A stretch of 13,913 nt of DNA from Candidatus Bathyarchaeia archaeon (GCA_038883775.1 JAVZLM010000014.1:1-13913), one strand, 5' to 3'; positions 1 to 7,778 are shown, counted from the first letter of the stretch. The notes: generated by a model not told the origin, from the letters alone. A program made the numbers and translations.

Positions 1-1
1 A

Positions 2-301
2 ATAAAGGATCTTATTAGTTCTGGCATAATCAAAAGATTCACACTAAAACTTTCGCTCTCAGAGGGAGCCGAAGCTATAGCGCTTGTTTCTGTAAACCCA
101 TCAATTCCCACCTCTGAAATATCAGCTAAATTGTTGAAAATACCCCATGTTGACACGGTTTACGAAGTTACGGGCGAATATGACATTGCAACCATAATAT
201 CAGCCATGAGCATAGCTGAGGTCAACGAATGCATCGAAAAAATCCGCAAAATAGATGGAGTAATTAAAACTAACACCATGATCATTTTGAGAAGCTGGTG
301 A
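2..301 (+). CDS. lysM: Lrp/AsnC-family transcriptional regulator, LysM-like (5' truncated by window edge)
   Basis: Not in the ORF track. My translation of frame 2 is open to TGA at 299-301: IKDLISSGIIKRFTLKLSLSEGAEAIALVSVNPSIPTSEISAKLLKIPHVDTVYEVTGEYDIATIISAMSIAEVNECIEKIRKIDGVIKTNTMIILRSW*. GIIKRFT ends the HTH region and VYEVTGEYD is the RAM-domain signature. PxIPTxEIS and the TNxxIILRxW terminus resemble archaeal LysM as I recall it. Confidence 0.85.
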   Translation: MKDLISSGIIKRFTLKLSLSEGAEAIALVSVNPSIPTSEISAKLLKIPHVDTVYEVTGEYDIATIISAMSIAEVNECIEKIRKIDGVIKTNTMIILRSW

Positions 302-383
302 AGCAGATCGCATCAGCAGAATTAGTAGGGGAACAAAAGGCTAAAATAAAGCATGTGTACTCCATTGATGGGGTGTTTCTAAG

Positions 384-1436
384 ATGAAGTGGAAAGTGGC
401 TATTCTCGGGGCAACGGGTGCTGTTGGTCAAAGGTTTGTTCAACTGCTTCATAATCATCCATGGTTTGAAATTGAAGTGCTTGCAGCTTCAGAAAAATCA
501 GCTGGAAAAAAGTACAGCGAAGCATGTAATTGGATACTCGAATCTGATATGCCACGTGAAGTAGCTGAGATGAACGTGGTGAACTCTGACATTAAGTCCG
601 TTGAAAAGGCCGGAAACATTGATTTCGTTTTCTCAGCATTACCATCAGAAATTGCCGGCTCAGTGGAGGAGGAGTTTGCACAAACATATCCCGTTTTCAG
701 TAAAGCAAGCGCCCATAGACTTGAAGAGGATGTACCTCTCTTGATTCCTGAGGTAAATCCGGAACATTTAGAATTAGTGAAAATTCAAAAGGAAAGGAGA
801 GGCTGGGACGGCTTTATATCAACTGACCCCAACTGCTCAACCGTTCAGCTGGCAATCACTTTAAAACCGCTAATGCAGTTCGGCCTAAAGAAAGTCATAG
901 CTTCAACAATGCAAGCCCTCAGCGGGGCAGGATTTCCGGGTGTGCCATCCCTCAGCATAATCGATAATGTTTTACCATACATTCAAGGTGAAGAGAATAA
1001 AATTGAGAAGGAAACTCTAAAAATTTTAGGCAAACTATATAACGGAAAAATTCTTCCAGCAAACATACAAGTTAGTGCAAGCTGCAACCGCGTCAACGTT
1101 AAAGACGGCCACTTAGAATGCGTCTTTGTAGAACTTGAAAGGAAAACCTCAGTAGAAGCGGTCAAAAAAGCATTTGAAAGCTTTAAAGGAGAACCCCAAC
1201 GGCTAAATCTTCCATCCGCTCCAAAGAACCCCATAGTAGTTAGGGAAGAAGAAGACAGACCTCAACCAAGACTCGACAGAGACGAAGGTGCAGGAATGAG
1301 CGTTGTTGTCGGAAGAATCAGAGAAGACCCAGCTTTAACAATCAAATACGTTTGTCTGGGCCACAACACAATAAGAGGAGCTGCCGGAGCAGGACTACTA
1401 AGCGCGGAACTGGCAGCTAAAAAGGGCTACATTTAG
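384..1436 (+). CDS. asd: Aspartate-semialdehyde dehydrogenase (archaeal/fungal type)
   Basis: [10 protein letters not shown] Rossmann motif, PLLIPEVN, catalytic PNCST, QALSGAG, CNRVxVxDGH, [11 protein letters not shown]-like GGGGTG at 370-375. Confidence 0.97.
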   Translation: MKWKVAILGATGAVGQRFVQLLHNHPWFEIEVLAASEKSAGKKYSEACNWILESDMPREVAEMNVVNSDIKSVEKAGNIDFVFSALPSEIAGSVEEEFAQTYPVFSKASAHRLEEDVPLLIPEVNPEHLELVKIQKERRGWDGFISTDPNCSTVQLAITLKPLMQFGLKKVIASTMQALSGAGFPGVPSLSIIDNVLPYIQGEENKIEKETLKILGKLYNGKILPANIQVSASCNRVNVKDGHLECVFVELERKTSVEAVKKAFESFKGEPQRLNLPSAPKNPIVVREEEDRPQPRLDRDEGAGMSVVVGRIREDPALTIKYVCLGHNTIRGAAGAGLLSAELAAKKGYI

Positions 1437-1522
1437 ACTAAAATTCTCGTTTCTATTACTTCTGTTATCGAAAAGTAATAAGTTGAGTGAAGTTGATATG
1501 ATAGTATATTGGAGAATAAAAT

Positions 1523-2041
1523 ATGAAAGAAAGGCCTAATTATGAAAAGTATCCAGTCAGTGAGGAAGAAATGGGGAAACGCTATAAGAACTGGACGGAG
1601 GCTCTGGCTAGGCAGATGGTTGTCCTATATCGGGTTGGTAAAGAGGTTGGTGGCGAGAAATTTGTTGAGCGTCTGAAAGAAGAATACTATATGGATGGAC
1701 AGAAAAGCGTCAAGATGTGGATATCTTTGACGGGAACCACGCCGGAAGATTTCAAGGATTGCAAAGGACTATCCAAAGTTATGGATTTTATTAATGACTA
1801 TTTTGCAAATTTCTGGGACGGCTATGTTGAAAACACGCCAAAGGCATTTGAGGTAGAACTCAAAACGTGTCCTGTAGCAAAACAGTGGTCAAGAGAACCG
1901 GAATTATGTGAAATCTTAGTGTCGGAATCGCTTAAAGGTTTATTAGCTGGATTAAACCCTAAGTTTAAGACAAAAGGGTTCACAAAACTGCTAACCAAGG
2001 GCGATAATTGCTGCCGCTACCGGATTGAGTTAACAGAGTGA
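1523..2041 (+). CDS. L-2-amino-thiazoline-4-carboxylate-hydrolase-like / V4R-fold protein of unknown function
   Basis: 172 aa with the pattern ELKTCPVAKQW...ELCE...GLNPKFK...LLTKGDNCCRYRI typical of the ATC-hydrolase/V4R-like family. GGAG SD-like motif at 1511-1514. Confidence 0.7.
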   Translation: MKERPNYEKYPVSEEEMGKRYKNWTEALARQMVVLYRVGKEVGGEKFVERLKEEYYMDGQKSVKMWISLTGTTPEDFKDCKGLSKVMDFINDYFANFWDGYVENTPKAFEVELKTCPVAKQWSREPELCEILVSESLKGLLAGLNPKFKTKGFTKLLTKGDNCCRYRIELTE

Positions 2042-2109
2042 ACGATGCGAGAACCATTGAAAAAGCCAAACAACTCATTGAAAGACTTGAGACCAGCGCC
2101 AGAAAATAA
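2038..2109 (+). pseudogene. 23-codon ORF overlapping the previous stop (GTGA); probable N-terminal stub of a truncated gene
   Basis: GTG 2038-2040 overlaps TGA 2039-2041. It reads (M)NDARTIEKAKQLIERLETSARK* with an amphipathic-helix pattern and purine-rich, coding-like composition. Confidence 0.35.
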
Positions 2110-2252
2110 TGGCCCAAGAAACCTAATGAGAGTTTTTGCTTCAGTCCTGTTGAAAGCGAGGATGGATGAACCTTTAGGTTCAACTATATAGAGGATTTTC
2201 CGTAATTTTTAGGTTTCAAGTAATCTTGTATTATGTATTATATTTAGCTGAA

Positions 2253-2288
2253 AGGGGGATTGCTGCATGGAAAAGCAGCAATCTACCT
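2253..2288. repeat. Inverted repeat / hairpin at the 3' end of the integrase fragment (possible terminator or protein-binding site)
   Basis: GATTGCTGC (2258-2266), an 8-nt loop and GCAGCAATC (2275-2283) form a perfect 9-bp stem, extendable imperfectly to 2253/2288. Confidence 0.5.
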
Positions 2289-2579
2289 CATTAGTATCTG
2301 TAATAGTAACGTTACCAGTTCATCACATATTGGATATGTGTAGCTTCTATGACCTTTAACTCCGATTATTGTTAAGGTCTTATTCTGCAAGTTTACATCA
2401 TTCCACTTTAAGTTAAACACTTCTGATAATGTAGCTCCAGTTTCTATAGCTATCATAACCATAGCTCTTAGTTTTATGCTTCTAATTCTGTAGATTAGTT
2501 GTTTTATCCTTGAAGGATTAGGCACATAAACCTCTTTGTTCTTATAGACTTTGAATGATGGCCTCTTAATTTTGAACCT
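2283..2579 (-). pseudogene. Tyrosine recombinase/integrase fragment (box I region only)
   Basis: The frame is open from 2579 (in-frame TAA at 2580-2582) to TAG at 2283: RFKIKRPSFKVYKNKEVYVPNPSRIKQLI...AMVMIAIETGATLSEVFNLKWNDVNLQNKTLTIIGVKGHRSYTYPICDELVTLL. This matches box I (TGxRxxE..L.W.DV) plus the catalytic-Lys hairpin. There is no core-binding domain, HxxR or catalytic Tyr. It lies beside a tRNA 3' end. Confidence 0.8.
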
Positions 2580-2633
2580 TTAAAATGAGTAGCCAAATTC
2601 CAAAGTTTACTAGTTCTGTGGGTGGCGCGTATA

Positions 2634-2706
2634 AGCCGGGGGTGGGAGTTGAACCCACATATAGCTGCTCTGCAGGCAGCCGCCTGAACCGTTCGGCCAC
2701 CCCGGC
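2634..2706 (-). tRNA. tRNA-Cys (GCA), intronless, CCA not encoded
   Basis: Reverse complement is GCCGGGGTGGCCGAACGGTTCAGGCGGCTGCCTGCAGAGCAGCTATATGTGGGTTCAACTCCCACCCCCGGCT. Acceptor GCCGGGG/CCCCGGC, anticodon arm GCTGC-CTGCAGA-GCAGC, T arm GTGGG-TTCAACT-CCCAC, discriminator U73, G37. Confidence 0.97.
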
Positions 2707-2735
2707 GCTTTTCAATTAAAAGTTTTTGTGGGAAG

Positions 2736-2749
2736 GTAATAAAGGTTTT
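2736..2749 (-). promoter_or_regulatory. Putative BRE/TATA promoter of tRNA-Cys
   Basis: The minus strand reads AAAACC-TTTATTAC about 30 nt upstream of the mature tRNA 5' end. Confidence 0.45.
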
Positions 2750-3794
2750 ATTGGTTTAACCCTATTTTGTGGGATATTTCTTTATATATTTCGAGGGCTT
2801 TTTCTTCATTTTCTATGTTTTTTATTAGCATGCGTCCGCTGTTGAAAAGTGTTATTTCGTAATTTTTGTATGTGAAGACTACTGCCATTGAGGACTTTAC
2901 ACGTAATTTGAAGTTTTGCTTTATTTTTTTGTGAAGGCTTTCAAGGTTTAGTTTTGTTGGTTTTTCTGGGTTTATGTTGATCGTGTTTCTTCCGCATAGC
3001 CAGACAAGTTTTTCTCTTGGTTTTTGGGTTGCTGCTTCGCCTCGGCACGCTGGGCAGTTTTCTCTCTTGTATATATCTATTGTTGTGATGTACATGTCGC
3101 TAAAGTCGCATATCATAAGCTTGTTTTTTAAAGGTGTACCTATTCCAGCCAAAAGTTTTATCGTTTCCATGGCTTCTATCGTCCCAATAATTCCTGGAGT
3201 TGCCCCTAAAACCCCTCTAACATCGCATGTTAGGAGGTTGCCATCTTCAAGGTTTGGTAAGACGCATTCTAAGCATGGAGTTTCAGGCGGAGCGAAAACT
3301 GAGAGGTTGCCTTCCATTCCTATGGCGGCTCCGAAAACATATGGGATTTTAAGTTTTATGCAAGTGCGATTGACGATATAACGTGTGCGCATGTTGTCTA
3401 AGCCGTCAACAACGCAGTCAACGCCCTTCAGCAGTTTTTCGGCGTTGTTCACATTCAAGTTTTCAGGCACAGCCTCAACTTTAACAAAAGGACTTATTCC
3501 CATAAGTCTCTTTGCTGAAACCTCAGCTTTTGGATACTGCAAATCCCTTGGTGTGTATAAGACTTGTCTGTGAAGATTGTGAGGTTCCACGGTGTCTTGA
3601 TCTATTAGGCGTAGGTAGCCAACGCCAGCAAGCGTCAAATATAGCGATGCAACCGTTCCAAGTCCGCCAAGCCCGACAACAGCAACATTTGCCCTTGCAA
3701 GCCTCTTCTGCCCTTCACGTCCAAGCTCTCTCATGACAAGTTGGCGGCTGTAAAATTCTTCGTATGAGATTCTTGGTTTTCGCGTTTTTGACAT
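2748..3794 (-). CDS. ThiF/MoeB/HesA (E1-like) adenylyltransferase with a C-terminal Cys-containing TBP-like domain
   Basis: YSRQ arginine finger, GLGGLG, DxDxVExxNLHRQ, two Zn-binding pairs (CLEC, CPAC), active-site-loop Cys in TCDVRGVLG, and a ~90-aa tail starting near LCGRNT. Start is ATG 3794 or 3809. Confidence 0.92.
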   Translation of the reverse strand: MSKTRKPRISYEEFYSRQLVMRELGREGQKRLARANVAVVGLGGLGTVASLYLTLAGVGYLRLIDQDTVEPHNLHRQVLYTPRDLQYPKAEVSAKRLMGISPFVKVEAVPENLNVNNAEKLLKGVDCVVDGLDNMRTRYIVNRTCIKLKIPYVFGAAIGMEGNLSVFAPPETPCLECVLPNLEDGNLLTCDVRGVLGATPGIIGTIEAMETIKLLAGIGTPLKNKLMICDFSDMYITTIDIYKRENCPACRGEAATQKPREKLVWLCGRNTININPEKPTKLNLESLHKKIKQNFKLRVKSSMAVVFTYKNYEITLFNSGRMLIKNIENEEKALEIYKEISHKIGLNQ

Positions 3795-3821
3795 TTCAAA
3801 TCTTCCCATTTAGGACGCATA

Positions 3822-5525
3822 TTAAATGCTGTTCTGCAGCCTTATATTACCCTTTTTCAAAAACTGTTTCTGATAGATTTCTCTAACCTTCTGTATGGTG
3901 TCGGCTTCCTCTGGGGTTTTATCATCCCTTATTCGGGTTATTCGTGCAAAACGCAGTGCCATGCCACATTTGTATTTTGGACTTTTCTGAATTTCGTTGT
4001 AGGCTACTTCCACAACAATTTTCGGAGTCACATAGATTCTACGGTACTCTTCTTTTATGGCCAGCTCTTTTAGGCGTTTAGTCATCTCGATGATTTCGGA
4101 GTCTGTTAACCCCTTGAAGGTTTTGCCAACTATTAAAAACTCGCCGGTTTCTGCGTCGCGAGCCGCCAAATAATAGTCTGAAAGCCACCCGCGTCTCCGC
4201 CCATAACCATACTCCGCGGCAACGATAACTAAGTCTAATGGTTCAAGGATTGGCTTTATCTTTAACCAATGCTTTCCACGGATTCCAGGCGTATATTCAC
4301 TGTTTAACCTCTTAGCCATGAGCCCCTCATGTCCACATTCAATAGCCTCTTTAAGGAACCGTTCCGCTTCGTGAATGCTGCCTGTAACTATCTGTTTTGT
4401 TAATGGTATCCCTCCGGCATTCTCAGCCAATATTTGTCTCCGCTGAAAATATGGCAGCGAAATTAGGCTCTCGCCGTCCAAGTACAAAATGTCAAAGAGG
4501 TAAAGCTTAACCGGCACCGTTTCAGCCATGTTTTCTATTTCATGGACTCTTTTAAACCTCCGCATGAGATGTTGGAATGGAATGGGGTGTCCCTCGCTGT
4601 CTACAGCTATCACTTCGCCTTCTATAATGGCTTCACGGGCTTTAACTTCCCTCTTCACAGCGTCGGCTATTTCTGGCAAACTCTTAGTAACATCTGTTAA
4701 TCTTCGACTGAAAATTCGTACATCATCGCCGCACTTATGAATTTGGACTCTGGCGCCGTCAAGTTTGTGCTCAAAAGCGGTTTTTCCTCCATGTTCTTTA
4801 ATTGCTTCAGCCACATTATTTGCCGTCTGTGCTAGCATAAGCTTGACAGGTCTAAAGACTTGAAAACCGATTTTTGAAAGTACATCCCTACCCCCAGCCT
4901 TTATTAACGCTGCCATAGTGCCAATGTCCCCAAGCACCATTCCCGCCCTTTTAACGGTTTCAAGCGGTATCTGGAAAGCCTTTGAAACCGCTTGCTCCAT
5001 TAATCCTTCATAGAACCCTGTTCGCATCTCGCCAATGAATATCTTAACTAAATATTTTGCTTCAAGCGGGGAAGCTAAACTTAGCAAAGCCTCAATTAGG
5101 CGCTCCTTTTTCTCCCTAGAACCACACCCAACAGTTTCGGCTATAGCCTCAAAATTCCGCCTAACCTCCAGTATTGTCAAGGGCTTTTCAAGAAGCACCG
5201 CTTGCCGCTTAACCTTACAACTTTCGAAAACAACTTTTGCTGCTGAACCCACGTCTCCAGTCTGGTTGAAGGCTTCAAGAAAAACTTTCCACTCAACTTC
5301 AGTAACACGCCTAATAATTCCACTTAGAGTAGCCCAACTCACATCAAGAGTTAGCTGACTCCACTTTGGAAATGGTCTCCCCAAAATCATCGAAACCGCT
5401 GGTTCAACCTCGCTGGGTTCAAGGTTTTTCAGAAATTCCGCTACAAGGTTTACCGCTGCGACCCGTCTGCTCATACCTTCCAGAGTTTCACATAGCTCTG
5501 CCAGGGCCTTAAAGGGTGTAGGCAT
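3822..5525 (-). CDS. lig: ATP-dependent DNA ligase
   Basis: N-terminal helical DNA-binding domain, motif I EHKLDGAR, III EGEV, IIIa LFDILY, IV EGLMAK, V WLKIK, VI LRFARITRIRDDK. ATG 5525 (MPTPF) is more plausible than 5561. Confidence 0.96.
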   Translation of the reverse strand: MPTPFKALAELCETLEGMSRRVAAVNLVAEFLKNLEPSEVEPAVSMILGRPFPKWSQLTLDVSWATLSGIIRRVTEVEWKVFLEAFNQTGDVGSAAKVVFESCKVKRQAVLLEKPLTILEVRRNFEAIAETVGCGSREKKERLIEALLSLASPLEAKYLVKIFIGEMRTGFYEGLMEQAVSKAFQIPLETVKRAGMVLGDIGTMAALIKAGGRDVLSKIGFQVFRPVKLMLAQTANNVAEAIKEHGGKTAFEHKLDGARVQIHKCGDDVRIFSRRLTDVTKSLPEIADAVKREVKAREAIIEGEVIAVDSEGHPIPFQHLMRRFKRVHEIENMAETVPVKLYLFDILYLDGESLISLPYFQRRQILAENAGGIPLTKQIVTGSIHEAERFLKEAIECGHEGLMAKRLNSEYTPGIRGKHWLKIKPILEPLDLVIVAAEYGYGRRRGWLSDYYLAARDAETGEFLIVGKTFKGLTDSEIIEMTKRLKELAIKEEYRRIYVTPKIVVEVAYNEIQKSPKYKCGMALRFARITRIRDDKTPEEADTIQKVREIYQKQFLKKGNIRLQNSI

Positions 5526-5617
5526 AATAACACACTTGATTCTACATGTTAAAATAGTCAAAAGAAGCTAAAATTGTTTATTTTAGTGGACGTGAAATAA
5601 AAGGGGAGATGCAACTT

Positions 5618-5992
5618 TTAAAAAGATTCTTCAAGCTTCGCCTTAACCTCTTTTATCTTTTTTTCGGTCTCCGAAGCTTTCTCTTCTTCGCCTAAAGCCT
5701 TATAACAGTCTCTGGCATATTCCAAAGCGCTGACGCCAAATCTATCAAAGCCCTTTTGAAATGAGAGCTCCGCAGACTTTAAGAAATATTCAACTGCAAG
5801 AGCATAATCCTTCAACATGAAAGCACATTCTCCAGCCTTGAAAAGTGCGTACGTAGCGTCAAAGAAATTGTTCTTTTCCTTGTAAAGTTCAGAAGCTCTC
5901 AGAAACTTTTCCTTAGCTTCATCATACTTGCCAATCTCGTAAAGTGTATTTCCATCTTTGTGCAATTTGACTGGATCTTCCTCTTCCGCCAT
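5618..5992 (-). CDS. Small TPR/alpha-SNAP-like helical repeat protein
   Basis: TPR-type helices (GNTLYEIGKYDEAKEKFLRASELY; AGECAFMLKDYALAVEYFLKSAEL; ARDCYKALGEEEKA). Likely start is ATG 5992 (MAEEED). Confidence 0.8.
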   Translation of the reverse strand: MAEEEDPVKLHKDGNTLYEIGKYDEAKEKFLRASELYKEKNNFFDATYALFKAGECAFMLKDYALAVEYFLKSAELSFQKGFDRFGVSALEYARDCYKALGEEEKASETEKKIKEVKAKLEESF

Positions 5993-6137
5993 GGTTACCA
6001 ACCCATAACTTCCTATACCAGACCACAAACATAAATTTAGGTTTTCCCTGTCAGCGTCTAAAATATTCTAAACTGGTTAAGGTTAAATAGGCATAATGTT
6101 TAAAACGCTCATATCAGAGCCGCAAGGCGAGGTAGAC

Positions 6138-6815
6138 ATGTCCGTTGACGCATTAATAGTGACCAGAAACCTAAGAGAAGTTTTACCTCAGACCATTAAG
6201 AGCCTCCAACTTTATCCATTTAAGAACATCGTTATCGTTACTGGAGAAAAGAATGACCTAAAGCGTCAAAAGGATTGGTATGACATCATCGTCTATGGAG
6301 GCAAAGAACCCTTAGGGCAGCAGAGGAACATTGGTCTGGATCTTGTCGAAGCTGAATTTGTCTGCATGGTCGACTCAGATATAGTTTTAACGAAAGGGTA
6401 TATAGAAACTCTACTGAAACTTTTTGAAGATCCAAAAGTTGCCGTTGCTCGTGGAAGGTTGTTTCCACTTAACCCAGAGAATCTATACTCAAACATTAAG
6501 TCACGCATAACCGAAGCGTTCAACATGATTCATAGGCAGGTGGGATGTGACGCTGCGGTTTACAGAGCCAACATAGTAAAGAAAGTTAAATTTAACCCAA
6601 AACTGTACACAAGGGAGGACCACGACCTAAACAACAGATTGAGGAAATTGGGGTATAAAGTAGTTTTCACAAAGGATGCCTACTGCTTCCATGACTTTAG
6701 AATGTCGATAAAATTGGAAGTTAAGCATCACGCTGAGCGGGGAAACGTATACGCTTTACTATGCTCATGGGCCAGAAACATTTCGAGACCAATATTCTTC
6801 TTTATGCCTTGGTAA
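6138..6815 (+). CDS. Glycosyltransferase family 2 (GT-A fold)
   Basis: QRNIGL, VDSD (DxD) and EDHDL..RLRKLGYKVVF motifs. SD-like GAGGT at 6129-6133 favours ATG 6138 over 6096. Confidence 0.88.
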   Translation: MSVDALIVTRNLREVLPQTIKSLQLYPFKNIVIVTGEKNDLKRQKDWYDIIVYGGKEPLGQQRNIGLDLVEAEFVCMVDSDIVLTKGYIETLLKLFEDPKVAVARGRLFPLNPENLYSNIKSRITEAFNMIHRQVGCDAAVYRANIVKKVKFNPKLYTREDHDLNNRLRKLGYKVVFTKDAYCFHDFRMSIKLEVKHHAERGNVYALLCSWARNISRPIFFFMPW

Positions 6816-6846
6816 TAGCTAAAATGGAACTTAACATTTCCCATTA

Positions 6847-7599
6847 TCATTGCAAAGCTTTTCTTTTAAACCTTTGAGATAGGCTTTTATATATAACGTA
6901 GACCGTGTAAAAGGCATAAGCTGCAAAAAACTTTGGAAGTTTTCGGAAACTGCAAAAGCGTAGATTTTCAATGAGTATATGTATGCTTCCCTTTATTGTC
7001 CAAGCCTCGGGAGGTCTAAAATGTACACAGTAGGGATCGTAAGTTGCCACTAGCCCATAACCCTTCTTCTCCACCCATTCCTTAATGAAGGCATCTTCAA
7101 ACACGTGCAAATTTCTTGGAATTTCTATATCTTTAAGAGCTTCACGGCGCACAAGTAGGTCGTGGGTCCCTCCCCTTAAATCAAAAATTTTCCACGTTAT
7201 TTTCAAGAAAAGCTTTAACACTGCGGGGTTTTTAATGCCTTCCCAAATTTCTATACCCCAAACCCCTCCAACATTGTCTGCCACCAAGTTTTTGGCTTTT
7301 TCAAACCATTTATCACAAAGAACAACGTCACTGTCAACAAAGACAAGCCATTCAGTTTTAGCTTCCTCTATACCCTTCATCCTTGCGCTGCCGCGAGTGC
7401 CATTATCCATCAACAGAACCACATTCCCATATTTCTCCCTAAATTTCTCAATAATTTTTAACGTAGAATCGGTTGAGTATCCATCCACTATTATTAAACG
7501 GTTTACAGGAATATTTTCATAAATTGAGTTTAAGCATTTTTCTAAAACTCTCTCGCTGTTTTTCGTAAGTACTACAACGTCCACGTTTTTGATGGGCAC
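6847..7599 (-). CDS. Glycosyltransferase family 2 (GT-A fold)
   Basis: VVVLTKNSE, IIVDGYSTDST, FVDSDV and FED motifs. GTG start. Confidence 0.92.
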   Translation of the reverse strand: MPIKNVDVVVLTKNSERVLEKCLNSIYENIPVNRLIIVDGYSTDSTLKIIEKFREKYGNVVLLMDNGTRGSARMKGIEEAKTEWLVFVDSDVVLCDKWFEKAKNLVADNVGGVWGIEIWEGIKNPAVLKLFLKITWKIFDLRGGTHDLLVRREALKDIEIPRNLHVFEDAFIKEWVEKKGYGLVATYDPYCVHFRPPEAWTIKGSIHILIENLRFCSFRKLPKFFAAYAFYTVYVIYKSLSQRFKRKALQ

Positions 7600-7712
7600 T
7601 TTTCCACAGTCCCTTCCACAATTTGTAATAATTAAATCAGAATGGAAATTTAAAAGGGTTATAAGATTGCCCAGCCACGTTGCATTTTACCATTTATCAG
7701 CACCGCTAACAG

Positions 7713-7725
7713 TTTATATTATAAA
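7713..7725. promoter_or_regulatory. Palindromic TATA-like element in the divergent GT2/radical SAM intergenic region
   Basis: TTTATA-T-TATAAA reads as an archaeal TATA box on both strands. Confidence 0.5.
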
Positions 7726-7778
7726 TTCAAACAACATTGACTAATAAAATAATTAATACGCATCTTAAGGTGTCTTAA

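Noticed and set aside
328-360. Possible LysM operator around GGCTAAAATAAAGC
   Set aside because: Only the AT core resembles the Sulfolobus site as I recall it, and the dyad arms are missing; it may simply be the TATA region.
983-1234. 83-aa minus-strand ORF
   Set aside because: Antisense shadow inside asd; no motifs.
1980-2183. 67-aa hydrophobic minus-strand ORF
   Set aside because: Overlaps the 3' end of the plus-strand gene and stub. Its hydrophobicity is what the antisense of A-rich coding DNA produces. A small membrane protein cannot be fully excluded.
2212-2241. Resemblance to a Xer dif site (…AGTAA-TCTTGTA-TTATGT…)
   Set aside because: The spacer is 7 nt rather than 6, the arms are poorly symmetric, and the context is AT-rich.
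2974-5358. Plus-strand ORFs 2974-3381, 3385-3573, 3512-3736, 4528-4740, 5035-5358
   Set aside because: All are antisense to the well-supported E1-like and ligase genes.
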